UHGV virus genome: UHGV-2188828
DNA: 40,714 nt
Reading direction: 5' to 3' (one strand)
Origin: a virus
Shown here: piece after piece, positions 1 to 9,262 of the stretch
How the letters are laid out: every line of letters begins with the position of its first letter
How positions within the stretch are numbered: the first letter of the stretch is position 1
Position numbers and translations under genes: made by a program
The notes under the pieces: generated by a model
What the model saw: the letters and a program-made list of their open reading frames with translations, nothing else
What the model was told of the DNA's origin: nothing
The model's database searches: none

Positions 1-241
1 AGCTGGACCACAAGGTGCTACTGGTGAAGCTGGACCACAAGGACCAGCAGGACCTACAGGACCTAAAGGAGAAACAGGTGCACAAGGACCAGCTGGTCCC
101 AAAGGTGCAGATGCAGTAATCAATAAATTAAACAAAGTAGATGCTTTAGCTGCTGATTCTGCAACTACACAGCAAATAGCAACTGCATTTAATAGTTTAA
201 TTGCAGATTTAAAAGCAAAAGACTTAATGAATAGTCAATAG
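1..241 (+). CDS. collagen-like (Gly-X-Y repeat) structural protein, C-terminal part; 5' end lies at the other end of the window
   Basis: Frame 2 reads [31 protein letters not shown] followed by a non-collagenous C-terminal region and a TAG stop at 239..241. Bases 1..94 are near-identical to 40625..40714. Confidence 0.6.
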   Translation, partial: AGPQGATGEAGPQGPAGPTGPKGETGAQGPAGPKGADAVINKLNKVDALAADSATTQQIATAFNSLIADLKAKDLMNSQ

Positions 242-283
242 AGAATGGGAGTAAAATCTCATTCTCTTTTTATGAGGTGAATT

Positions 284-562
284 ATGGAATTAGAAGAATT
301 AAAGTTGTTTCTTAGAATTGATGGGGAAGAGGAAGATACATTAATTAAAGGATTGCAGATTGGTGCTGAAGAGTATCTAACTAATGCTGGAATTGCTAAA
401 GATTATGAAAAAGAATTGTATAAACTTGCTATAAGAATATTAGTATCTCATTGGTATGAGAACAGATCAGTTGAAACAGTAGGCAAAAATGTAAGTAAAA
501 TAGCTTTTGGATTAGATACTATAATAACTCAATTAAAATATACTCAAGGTGATCTTATATGA
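284..562 (+). CDS. head-tail connector protein (gp6-like / Phage_connect_1-like)
   Basis: 92 aa starting MELEELKLFLRIDGEEEDTLIKGL, a typical gp6-like connector N-terminal motif. RBS GAGGTG is upstream and the gene sits first in the connector-to-tail gene order. Confidence 0.65.
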   Translation: MELEELKLFLRIDGEEEDTLIKGLQIGAEEYLTNAGIAKDYEKELYKLAIRILVSHWYENRSVETVGKNVSKIAFGLDTIITQLKYTQGDLI

Positions 563-894
563 ACATAGGACAGCTAAAGCATAGAATTGAATTTCAAAGG
601 TTAGAAAGTACTTATGATAAAGAAGGATTTCCAATAGAAGAATATGTTACTTTTCAAAAAGCTTGGGCTGATGTTAATGACCTTTATGGAAAAGAATATT
701 GGAATAGTAAACAAAATATATCGGAAAATATAACAGTTTTTCATACTAGGTTTTATAAAAATATTGATACTGATTGTTTTATTCTTTTTAAAGGACAGAG
801 GTATGAAATTATTGAACCCCCAGATAATATTAAGTACCTAAATAGAGAATTAAAAATAAAAGCTAAATTGCAGGTGATTAATAATGGGCATTGA
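559..894 (+). CDS. head closure / head-tail adaptor protein (SPP1 gp16-like)
   Basis: 111 aa, start overlaps the upstream stop (ATGA). Position and size fit the head-tail joining family. Confidence 0.5.
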   Translation: MNIGQLKHRIEFQRLESTYDKEGFPIEEYVTFQKAWADVNDLYGKEYWNSKQNISENITVFHTRFYKNIDTDCFILFKGQRYEIIEPPDNIKYLNRELKIKAKLQVINNGH

Positions 895-1231
895 AATTAA
901 AGGATTTGATGATATTTTTGACATGCTTGACGATATGAATATTTCTGATAAGAAGAAAAGAAGAGCATTAAAAGAAGGTGGAGAAATAGTAAGGCAAGCT
1001 GTAGTTGATAATTCTCCAGTAAGAACTAGCAAGATGAAAAAGAGTTGGAAATTAAAAATAAAGAGGTTTGATGGAAATTTAGGGTTTGAAGTAAGAGGAA
1101 ACACTCAACAAGATATAGAAAATGAATTTGGTTCATCTACAAATAAAAAACATATTGGATTTTTTAGTAATGCTGTAGATAAAGTAGCGGATCAAGCTGT
1201 AAATATTATAGCTAAGGAGATAGTTAAATGA
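884..1231 (+). CDS. HK97 gp10-like tail-component protein
   Basis: 115 aa in the conserved position between head closure and tail completion. Overlapping starts and stops indicate translational coupling. Confidence 0.5.
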   Translation: MGIEIKGFDDIFDMLDDMNISDKKKRRALKEGGEIVRQAVVDNSPVRTSKMKKSWKLKIKRFDGNLGFEVRGNTQQDIENEFGSSTNKKHIGFFSNAVDKVADQAVNIIAKEIVK

Positions 1232-1593
1232 TTGAAGAGTTATTAAAAGAAGTATTAAATAATGAAGCCTTAATTTCATTAATAGGAGTAGATACAAATG
1301 AAAATCCTAAAATATATCTTTTAAAAGCTCCAGATAATACTGTAGCACCTTATATTGAATATGAAATACTTAATGAAAATGGTTCAATGTATGCTGAAAA
1401 TGAAGAATTAGAAACGACTTATACGATTCAAATAGATGTGTACACAAAAGGAAGTTATACAAAGATAGTTAAAATTATAAAAAAAATAATGAAAGAAAAA
1501 GGTTTCTTAAAAGAGTTTGGAGGTTCTAATTATGAAGAAAAGTCCAAGCTCTTTCATTATGTTTTAAGATTTAATTATGAAAGTGAGGAATAG
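1228..1593 (+). CDS. tail completion / tail terminator-like protein
   Basis: 121 aa, immediately upstream of the major tail gene in the canonical order. Confidence 0.45.
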   Translation: MIEELLKEVLNNEALISLIGVDTNENPKIYLLKAPDNTVAPYIEYEILNENGSMYAENEELETTYTIQIDVYTKGSYTKIVKIIKKIMKEKGFLKEFGGSNYEEKSKLFHYVLRFNYESEE

Positions 1594-1595
1594 AG

Positions 1596-2468
1596 ATGAG
1601 TAAAAAGATTACTACTGGTGTAGAAAAGGCTTATTACGCTATTTTAAAAGAAGATGGAGTTACTCCTAAATATGGTACAGTTCACTATTTACCAGGATTA
1701 AGAGAAATTTCTGTTGCTGCAAAGGAGGAACAAGCTACTATTTATGCAGAGAATAGACTGTATGATAGTGAAAATTCTTTAGGGGAAATTGAGGTTACTT
1801 TAGACTTTGCTTCTATAGATACTGCTGATTATGCAGCTTTATTTGGCAAAAAAATAGCTAAAAATGGAGGGATAATAGAAAGTTCAAGTGATCAGCCACC
1901 TTATATAGTTTTAATGGTAGAAAAAACATTAAGCGGTGGAGTTAAAGAATATTTAACCCTTTTTAAGGGTAAATTAGCTATTCCAGAGGATAAAGCTAAG
2001 ACCAAGGAAGGCAAGACAGAATATCAAACAATGTCTTTAAATGGTATTTTTATGCCTTTAGACAATGGAATATGGAGACACTCTGTAAAAACTACTGATG
2101 AAGGATTTAATGCTAAAACACATGCAGAAAGCTGGGGTAAAACTGTATTGTTACCTAGTACAGAAGCAGTTGAAAAACTTACTGTTACTGGAGATCCAGA
2201 AGATAATGCTACTGGCGTAGCTAAGAATAAAACTATTACTTTAACTTTTAACAATCCAATTACACAATACACAGTATCTTTATTAAAGAATGACTTTACT
2301 GTTGTTGATTCTAATATAAGTATTAATGAAGCTAATAAGGTTATAACAATAGATCCTAAAGCAGATTTAGCAGGTTCAACTAAGTATGCAGTAATGGTTA
2401 ATGGAGTAAAGGACATTTACGGACAAGTATTAGAAAATTCTATTATAGATTTTACAACTGCTCCCTAA
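1596..2468 (+). CDS. major tail protein with C-terminal Ig-like (Big_2-like) domain
   Basis: 290 aa. C-terminal TVTGDPEDNATGVAKNKTITLTFNNPITQYTVSLL...AVMVNGVKDIYGQVL is Ig-like. Located upstream of the G/GT chaperone and tape measure. Confidence 0.75.
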   Translation: MSKKITTGVEKAYYAILKEDGVTPKYGTVHYLPGLREISVAAKEEQATIYAENRLYDSENSLGEIEVTLDFASIDTADYAALFGKKIAKNGGIIESSSDQPPYIVLMVEKTLSGGVKEYLTLFKGKLAIPEDKAKTKEGKTEYQTMSLNGIFMPLDNGIWRHSVKTTDEGFNAKTHAESWGKTVLLPSTEAVEKLTVTGDPEDNATGVAKNKTITLTFNNPITQYTVSLLKNDFTVVDSNISINEANKVITIDPKADLAGSTKYAVMVNGVKDIYGQVLENSIIDFTTAP

Positions 2469-2535
2469 TGAATCCCTAGAAACATCTAGGGTAGGATATG
2501 CTAGAGTCGGAAAAGCAAAAGTAGGAAAGGAATAA
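2463..2535 (+). promoter_or_regulatory. candidate programmed +1 frameshift signal at the major tail gene stop: CCC_UAA shifty stop, hairpin CCCTAGA-aaca-TCTAGGG, and open +1 frame to 2535
   Basis: The +1 frame is open across the stop and reads [24 protein letters not shown] perfect 7-bp hairpin starts 5 nt after the stop. The same architecture recurs after the capsid gene (40417..40492). Confidence 0.5.
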
Positions 2536-2591
2536 AACATATTTAAATAGGTAGCTTAGTGCTGCCTATTTGTTTTAGAAAGGAGTAAAAA

Positions 2592-2951
2592 ATGTTAGTA
2601 AATGAGATAAAAACTTATAAAGTTATAATTTGTGGTCAAGAAGTAGAATTAAAGCTTGATTTTAACTCTTTAATAAAAATGCACAAGGAATACGGAAATG
2701 CTTTTTTACTTATCTATGAGTATGCTTTCCGAAGCGACTTAGAAAAGTTACCACAGATAATAAGATGTATGGCTAATAAAGAATTTACAGAGGAAGAAAT
2801 CAAAAGCAATATGCTTATAAATATTTCATCTATAGAAATTTTAAGTAATATTACTTTAGACTTACTAAACCAGGAATTAACTAATACATCAGAATTTAAA
2901 GAAGTAATAAAAAAAAATCACAATCCAGAACACAAGAAAAAGAAGAAATAA
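2592..2951 (+). CDS. tail assembly chaperone (G-like)
   Basis: 119 aa between the major tail and tape measure genes. Ends in a lysine-rich tail encoded by an A-run. Confidence 0.7.
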   Translation: MLVNEIKTYKVIICGQEVELKLDFNSLIKMHKEYGNAFLLIYEYAFRSDLEKLPQIIRCMANKEFTEEEIKSNMLINISSIEILSNITLDLLNQELTNTSEFKEVIKKNHNPEHKKKKK

Positions 2952-3187
2952 AAGAAATTAACTTTGATTATTGGTACTTTGTAGCAGTTCATAAGCTGAA
3001 AATGACAGAGGAACAATTCTTAAATTCTACATTAAGACAACTTTTATTATTAGAAGAGTTAAATAGTAATTATTTTAAAAACAATTTAAGAGAAGTTCTA
3101 GGAGAATGTATAGAAGTTTTATACGGTGAAGGTTCTCAAGATGAGGACGAAAAAATTTACGTTGAAAGTTTTTCAGACCTTTTTTAG
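2592..3187 (+). CDS. tail assembly chaperone G-T fusion made by -1 programmed frameshift at A_AAA_AAA (2909..2917)
   Basis: The -1 frame is open from the 9-A run at 2909..2917 through ORF 3002..3187. This is the canonical G/GT arrangement upstream of the tape measure gene. Confidence 0.65.
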
Positions 3188-3202
3188 AAAGGAGGGGAAA
3201 AA

Positions 3203-6200
3203 TTGAGTGAAACTATAAGAAAAGTTAGTACTATTTTTACAATAGATGATAACGAGCATAATAAAAAACTTAAAGAATTAAATGCACAGTATAAACTTAC
3301 TCAAAGTGAAATAAAACTTGCTGGAGAAAGATTAAATCAATTTGGGAAGACAACAAATGATTTAAAGTATAAGGAATCTGCTTTAACTAAGCAAACAGAA
3401 ACTTTAAGAAGTAAAATTAATGTTTATAAGGACAGTATAGAAAAAGCTAGTAAAAAAGCAGAAGAAAATAATAAGAAACTTCAAGAGTTGAAAACTACAA
3501 AGGCGAGTTTGCAAAAAGAGTATAAAGAAGCAGTAAAACTTTATGGTGCAGAATCTGAACAAGCTAAAAACTTAAAGCAATCTTTAGATGAAGTCAGTAA
3601 GGAATATATAGAACAAAAAGCTGTAGTTGATAAAAACATAAACACTGTAAACAAACATAAAACTAAGCTTAATGAAACCGAAGCACAACTAGCTAAAGTA
3701 CAGGGAGAACTTAAAAGGACAACTCTAGAATTGGAAAAACAAAACTCTAAATGGATAAAGGCTAGTGAAAGTCTTAAACAAGCTGGGGATAAAATTTCTA
3801 ATTTTGGCACAAAAGCAAGTAAAGTTGGTGGAACTTTAACCAAGACAGTAACTTTACCAGTTGTTGCAATGGGAGCAGCCGCAGTAAACGCTCAAGTCCA
3901 ATGGGAAAGTGCATTTGCTGGGGTTAAAAAGACAGTAAACGGAACTTCGGAGCAAATTGCGGCACTAGAGCAAGGAATAAAAGATATGTCTTTAACACTT
4001 CCATCAAGTGCAGAAGATATTGCTGCAGTAGCAGAATCAGCTGGGCAATTAGGTATTCAAACAGATAATATTCTAGGTTTTACAAAAACCATTATAGACC
4101 TTAGTAATGCGACTAATTTAGTAGGAGAAGAAGGAGCAAGCCAACTTGCTAAGTTTGCTAACATCACACAAATGTCTCAAAAGAACTTTGATAGATTAGG
4201 AAGTACGATAGTAGCACTGGGAAATAATAGTGCAACAACAGAAGCAGATATCGTTGCAATGGCTACGAGAATAGCAGGTGCTGGTAAACAAGTTGGAATG
4301 ACAGAAGCTAATATTATGTCATTTGCAGCTGCCTTATCTAGTGTAGGAATTGAAGCCGAAGCAGGTGGTTCGAGTTTTTCTAAAGTTATGTTGGAAATGC
4401 AAATGGCTATACAAAGTGGTTCTGAATCAGTATCAGATTTTGCAAAAGTAGCTGGAATGTCAACCAAAGATTTTGCGGAAAAATTTAAAAATGATGCTAC
4501 AGGAGCATTAATAGCATTTATAAACGGATTAGGAAAATTAGATAATAAGGCAATAGTACTAGACAAATTAGGTTTTAGTGAAATAAGAGTAAGAGATTCG
4601 TTATTAAGAGCAAGTAGTGCTGGAGATTTATTTAACAAAACTATTGAGTTAGGTTCTAAGGCTTGGGAAGAAAATACCGCTTTAACAAATGAAGCTAACC
4701 AACGATATGGAACTACAGAAAGTCAGATTAAAATAACTAAAAATGAAATTATGAATTTAGCTAGGGAAATAGGAGTTGAATTACTTCCAACAATTAAAGA
4801 CGGACTAATAATGGTTAAAGATTTAATAGAGAAGTTTAATAATTTAAGTCCAGCAACTAAAGAAAATATAATAAAATTTGCTGGATTGAGTGCAGTGCTA
4901 GGACCAGTTATAGGAGGGGTTGGAAAGCTTGCTCAAGGTTTTGGTGGAATTTTAAAATTAACAGGTAAACTTTCTAAAGGATTAGGAGCAGCTAAGGTGG
5001 CAACTGAAACTGTAGGTGCGGCAGCAAGTGTAGCTGGAGGTGCTACTGGAGTAGCTGGACTTGCTAGCTCTTTGGGTGGAGTTGCTTTAGCGGCAGCACC
5101 ATATGTGGCAGCAGGGGCAGCAATAGCTGGAGCAGGATATGCAATTTACAAGGGATTGAATAAAGAAGTTATTCCAGAAGTTGATTTGTTCGCCGATAAA
5201 GTTGAGTATACCGCTAATTCTGTTACTAACTCAAGTAATTATATGACTGCTGGGGTAACTACTACAGTAACCAAAATAAGTGAAGCTACAAAGGAAGCAG
5301 TAGGGGCATATATAGAATTAGATGATAGTGCTAGAAATGAAGTGCAAAGCCTTTATATTAACTCAACAACCATTTCAGAACAGATAAAGACTGATATGTC
5401 TACTAAGTTTAACGAAATGGCTACACAAGTTATACAAGGCTATGAGAAACAGAAAAATGAAAGTACTAACCAACTTCAAGAAATGTTTTCTATCCAAAGT
5501 AGTTTAACTGCGGAAGAACAAGCAAATGTTTTATTAAACAACGGAAACTATTACGAAAATAAGAAGCTCCAAACACAAGAATATGAAAATCAAATTAATC
5601 AAATTTTAAATAATGCTAGTCAACAAAAAAGAGCATTAACACAAGATGAAGTTACTCAAATAACTTCATTACAAAATCAAATGCGGCAAAATGCAGTAAA
5701 TGCTCTAAGCCAAAATGAAATAGAAGCACAGGTTATTTTGCAAAGGATGAAAGATTATGATAGTAGAATAACTGCAGAACAGGCTTCTGAACATATTAGG
5801 AAACTTAACGAGAGTAGAGATAATGCTATAAATATAGCCAATGATGAATATGAAAAAAGAATTGCAGCGATAATTAGGCTTAGAGATGAAGCTGGAGCAA
5901 TAACTGCGGAACAAGCTGACAAAATGATTGAAGATGCTAAAAGGCAACGTGATGGAGTTGTTGAACAAGCTGAACTTACTCGTGATGAAGCTGTTGATAA
6001 GATTTTCCGAATGAATGAAGAACTACAAAAAAATATAGACGTTTCTAGTGGAGAAATTATAAGCACTTGGCAAAGGCTTTTTGGAACTTGGGACAAATGG
6101 GAACCTAAGACTAAGTTTGCTACAGTACAATATAGCGAAAGGGTAAAAGGTGGGCTTACTCAACAAGCCTATGCTTTAGGAACAAACTATTTCCAAGGTG

Positions 6201-6481
6201 GATTAACAGCTATAAATGAAAAGGGATATGAAGTTGTTGAACTTCCAAGAGGAAGTAAAGTTAAAAACCATTTACAAAGTGAAAATATGATAAAAGATAC
6301 TGCCTTAAAAACTGCCAAAGCACTATTAGGAGAGTTAAATAATGCAGATGGGGAAGTTATAGTTAATGTTTATGTTGGTGGAAAAGAGCTTAAGTCTGAT
6401 ATTACAAAAGAGGTTATAAAAACTGTAAATAGAAGTAGTAAAAATTATAGTAAAACGAAAGGAGTAATGGCGTTTGGATAA
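3203..6481 (+). CDS. tape measure protein
   Basis: 1092 aa, TTG start after RBS AAAGGAGGGG. It has N-terminal coiled-coil repeats, a central hydrophobic Gly/Ala-rich segment, and a Q/N-rich coiled coil. Confidence 0.9.
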   Translation: MSETIRKVSTIFTIDDNEHNKKLKELNAQYKLTQSEIKLAGERLNQFGKTTNDLKYKESALTKQTETLRSKINVYKDSIEKASKKAEENNKKLQELKTTKASLQKEYKEAVKLYGAESEQAKNLKQSLDEVSKEYIEQKAVVDKNINTVNKHKTKLNETEAQLAKVQGELKRTTLELEKQNSKWIKASESLKQAGDKISNFGTKASKVGGTLTKTVTLPVVAMGAAAVNAQVQWESAFAGVKKTVNGTSEQIAALEQGIKDMSLTLPSSAEDIAAVAESAGQLGIQTDNILGFTKTIIDLSNATNLVGEEGASQLAKFANITQMSQKNFDRLGSTIVALGNNSATTEADIVAMATRIAGAGKQVGMTEANIMSFAAALSSVGIEAEAGGSSFSKVMLEMQMAIQSGSESVSDFAKVAGMSTKDFAEKFKNDATGALIAFINGLGKLDNKAIVLDKLGFSEIRVRDSLLRASSAGDLFNKTIELGSKAWEENTALTNEANQRYGTTESQIKITKNEIMNLAREIGVELLPTIKDGLIMVKDLIEKFNNLSPATKENIIKFAGLSAVLGPVIGGVGKLAQGFGGILKLTGKLSKGLGAAKVATETVGAAASVAGGATGVAGLASSLGGVALAAAPYVAAGAAIAGAGYAIYKGLNKEVIPEVDLFADKVEYTANSVTNSSNYMTAGVTTTVTKISEATKEAVGAYIELDDSARNEVQSLYINSTTISEQIKTDMSTKFNEMATQVIQGYEKQKNESTNQLQEMFSIQSSLTAEEQANVLLNNGNYYENKKLQTQEYENQINQILNNASQQKRALTQDEVTQITSLQNQMRQNAVNALSQNEIEAQVILQRMKDYDSRITAEQASEHIRKLNESRDNAINIANDEYEKRIAAIIRLRDEAGAITAEQADKMIEDAKRQRDGVVEQAELTRDEAVDKIFRMNEELQKNIDVSSGEIISTWQRLFGTWDKWEPKTKFATVQYSERVKGGLTQQAYALGTNYFQGGLTAINEKGYEVVELPRGSKVKNHLQSENMIKDTALKTAKALLGELNNADGEVIVNVYVGGKELKSDITKEVIKTVNRSSKNYSKTKGVMAFG

Positions 6482-7166
6482 TTATTATATTATTTTCAAT
6501 GAAAAAACAAATGTAGATTTTAATTTAAAAATTCCTAAAAGAGTATCTAAGCCAGCTCCCATTATGAACTTTGAAGAAAAGCCAGTTAGAGGGGGGAAGA
6601 CACTTTATGTAGAAAAAGGATATAGAGATATAGAGATATCTGTTGAGTTTAACTTTAAAACTAATACTACTTGGGATTTAGATTTTAGAAGTATAAAGAA
6701 GTGGCTAGTGAATTTCAAGGATAATAAGCTAATCTTTAGTGATGATATTGAAGTATTCTATAGGGTTAATAAAGTTGTTATATCTAGTTCGGAAAGACTT
6801 TTGAAAAGAACAGGAAAGTTTATAGTAACCTTTGTTTGTGATCCATATGTTTACTTATCTGATGGGGGATATGAAATAGAGATAGAGGATTATATTTATA
6901 ATGATTATCTAGAGAGTAGACCTATTTACAGAATTGTCGGAGAAGGATTTTTAACATTAGCAGTAAATGAAAATGCTGTAAAAATAAATGTTGGTCAAGA
7001 AGTTATAATAAATACAGAATTAGGCTTAACGTATAGGGATGGAATAATCAATAATGTATCATTAGATGGTAATTATGAAGATTTATATCTAGTAGAAGGT
7101 GACAATAATTTTAAATGGAGTGGAGACTTTAAAATATATGTAACTCCTAATTGGAGATGTTTATAA
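6474..7166 (+). CDS. distal tail protein (Dit-like)
   Basis: 230 aa immediately after the tape measure gene, overlapping its stop. Confidence 0.6.
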   Translation: MDNYYIIFNEKTNVDFNLKIPKRVSKPAPIMNFEEKPVRGGKTLYVEKGYRDIEISVEFNFKTNTTWDLDFRSIKKWLVNFKDNKLIFSDDIEVFYRVNKVVISSSERLLKRTGKFIVTFVCDPYVYLSDGGYEIEIEDYIYNDYLESRPIYRIVGEGFLTLAVNENAVKINVGQEVIINTELGLTYRDGIINNVSLDGNYEDLYLVEGDNNFKWSGDFKIYVTPNWRCL

Positions 7167-9028
7167 TGATAGAAGTTTATTTAAAAACTAATAAAAATTA
7201 TGAAATGAACGGAGAGATGACTTTAGAGCCTTCTAGTTGTATTTACAAAAATAAAGAATACCTTCTAACAATAGAGCATCCATTTGATAAGCTTGAAAGA
7301 TGGAAATACTTAGATTATGAAAATGTTATAAAAACTGAAGGGAAGCTTTACAGAATTTTTAATGTTGTAAAGTCTTTAGATTATATAACTGCTTATGCCA
7401 GACCTATTTTCTTTGATTTAATAGATACAATATTACTTGATGTAAGACCAACTAATAAAACAGGGCAACAAGCTTTAGAAGAGATTTTAAAAGGTACAGG
7501 GTTTAAGGCACATAGCAATATATCAACTCTTAATACTGCTTATTACATTAGAAAAAATATAGTTGAAGCTATTCTTGGCAACGATGATAATTCTTTTTTA
7601 AACCGCTGGGGTGGAGAGATTTACTTAGATAATTTTGATGTTTATATTAATGATAAAATTGGAGCTGATAATGGGGTAAGGATTGAGTTTGGATATAATC
7701 TTAATGAAATAGAAGAGGATATAAATATCGAAGAAGTTGCTACAAGAATAATTCCTATGGGATTTGATGGATTAATGTTAGAAGGTGATACTCCATGGAT
7801 AGATAGTCCACTGATTGAGAAGTATGTTAATCCTAAAATGCGAGTTGTTAAGTTCGATGATGTTAAGGTTAAAGAATCTGAAACAGATGAAGAGGGATTT
7901 AACACTATAGAAGAAGCTAGAGCAGAACTTATAAAGCGTTGTAATAAACTTTACGAGGAAGGGATAGATAAGCCACAAGTTAATTATAAGATAGACATGA
8001 TTAACTTGGCCAATACTACAGCGTATAAAAATTATATAGATCTTGTTAAAGTAGGTGAGGGTGATACAGTAACTTGTTACGTTAAAGCTTTGGATATAGA
8101 TGTAAAAGCTAGAGTCATCGACTTTCAAAAGGATCATGTAACAGGGGAATATATAAGCATTGAATTAGGAAGTATTCAATCTGATTTTTTCAATAAACAA
8201 GCTGATATTCAAAATAAAGTTGATTCTATTTTAAATGGTAATGGTACTATTAAAGGAGATAAGATAAGCGGTGTTATAAATGCTTTAGATACTAAATTTA
8301 AAGCCTTAAGAGATGTAGCTCAACCACAAGAAGTGAGAGCGATGATATTTGAGGATAGAGTAGAAGATAGTCCTACATTTGGATGTTTAGCAATAGGTAC
8401 AATGGGATTTGAGATAGCAAGTTCTTTCAAAGCTGGTACAAAAGAATGGGATTTTAGAACATTTGGAACCGGTAAGGGCTTTGTAGCAGATTGTATAATG
8501 ACAGGGGCTTTAAAAAGTTTAAATGGAAATACAAATATAGATTTAGACAATGGTAAAGTTAAAATTAAAAGTGGTGGCTTTATCGGAAGTGATTCATGTT
8601 TTTGGGATTTGGACAAGCAACAGATAAGTGGTAAAAATCTTTTAATGGATCTACAAAATGGATTTACAAAATGGATACATGAAACTGATGGGTACACAGA
8701 AGTTAATGGGGAAGGATTTTTTAGAAATGGTAGACCATATCATAATTTAATTACAGCTGGCACTGGTGTTAGTGGTGGATTAGCTCCTAAAAAGGTACGA
8801 GTACAGTTACCAAATGAATTTAAGAATAAGGATTTTAAAGTTGTGTGTCAAATGGTAGATACTCAGGGAGGAGAAGTTGAAGAGTACCTTAAAAGAGTGC
8901 ATTTAAGTTGGGGGAATATAAATAAGGCTAATGCTACTTTTGAAGTAACTGGATATTGGACTGCTAAACTTAACCAATTTGAAAACGAAAAGGAACTACA
9001 GTGGGGGTATATAGCTATAGGAGGTTAA
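7166..9028 (+). CDS. tail-associated endopeptidase / Tal-like tail tip protein
   Basis: The N-terminus MIEVYLKTNKNYEMNGEMTLEPSS...EHPFDKLERW is typical of the phage endopeptidase-tail family. ATG 7166 lies 9 nt after RBS GGAG, and the six-frame track starts earlier at TTG 7151. Confidence 0.7.
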   Translation: MIEVYLKTNKNYEMNGEMTLEPSSCIYKNKEYLLTIEHPFDKLERWKYLDYENVIKTEGKLYRIFNVVKSLDYITAYARPIFFDLIDTILLDVRPTNKTGQQALEEILKGTGFKAHSNISTLNTAYYIRKNIVEAILGNDDNSFLNRWGGEIYLDNFDVYINDKIGADNGVRIEFGYNLNEIEEDINIEEVATRIIPMGFDGLMLEGDTPWIDSPLIEKYVNPKMRVVKFDDVKVKESETDEEGFNTIEEARAELIKRCNKLYEEGIDKPQVNYKIDMINLANTTAYKNYIDLVKVGEGDTVTCYVKALDIDVKARVIDFQKDHVTGEYISIELGSIQSDFFNKQADIQNKVDSILNGNGTIKGDKISGVINALDTKFKALRDVAQPQEVRAMIFEDRVEDSPTFGCLAIGTMGFEIASSFKAGTKEWDFRTFGTGKGFVADCIMTGALKSLNGNTNIDLDNGKVKIKSGGFIGSDSCFWDLDKQQISGKNLLMDLQNGFTKWIHETDGYTEVNGEGFFRNGRPYHNLITAGTGVSGGLAPKKVRVQLPNEFKNKDFKVVCQMVDTQGGEVEEYLKRVHLSWGNINKANATFEVTGYWTAKLNQFENEKELQWGYIAIGG

Positions 9029-9029
9029 T

Positions 9030-9245
9030 ATGGAGGAAAAGCTAACAGTATTCTATTTAAAAAGAACTGGAAAAGTAAGATGTTTTTGTACTGGAGAACA
9101 ATCTATGGATTATTTTGCAGATGAAAAAGAGGATATGGAGTTAATTATAGATTTTATTATTGTAGATTATGATGAGTTTATTGTAAAAAACTATAATTAT
9201 TATAAGGTTGTAGAAGGAAAACTGATTTTTGATAAAACTTTATAG
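9030..9245 (+). CDS. hypothetical small structural-module protein
   Basis: 71 aa between the tail-tip and tail-fibre genes. Confidence 0.35.
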   Translation: MEEKLTVFYLKRTGKVRCFCTGEQSMDYFADEKEDMELIIDFIIVDYDEFIVKNYNYYKVVEGKLIFDKTL

Positions 9246-9262
9246 AAAGGAAGTGAATCGGG

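Noticed and set aside
850-1104. Minus-strand ORF (84 aa) overlapping the connector and gp10-like genes; similar antisense or out-of-frame ORFs lie at 2024..2416, 3541..3843, 4177..4638, 5705..6096, 7642..8137, 8320..8697, 9178..9696, 11825..12151, 14177..14575, 17140..17454, 17704..17934, 19466..19651, 20472..20846, 22692..22889, 24639..24941, 25124..25417, 27193..27459, 27544..27759, 27861..28193, 28386..28751, 29081..29290, 31090..31296, 34355..34537, 35644..35841 and 40041..40280
   Set aside because: Each is fully embedded antisense or out of frame within a longer, well-supported gene. They have low-complexity, Leu/Ser/Phe-rich translations typical of AT-rich antisense frames and no RBS, so they are treated as spurious.
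3203-6481. Lytic (lysozyme or peptidase) domain inside the tape measure protein
   Set aside because: I see no catalytic motifs, only coiled-coil segments, a Gly/Ala-rich hydrophobic segment and Q/N-rich repeats.
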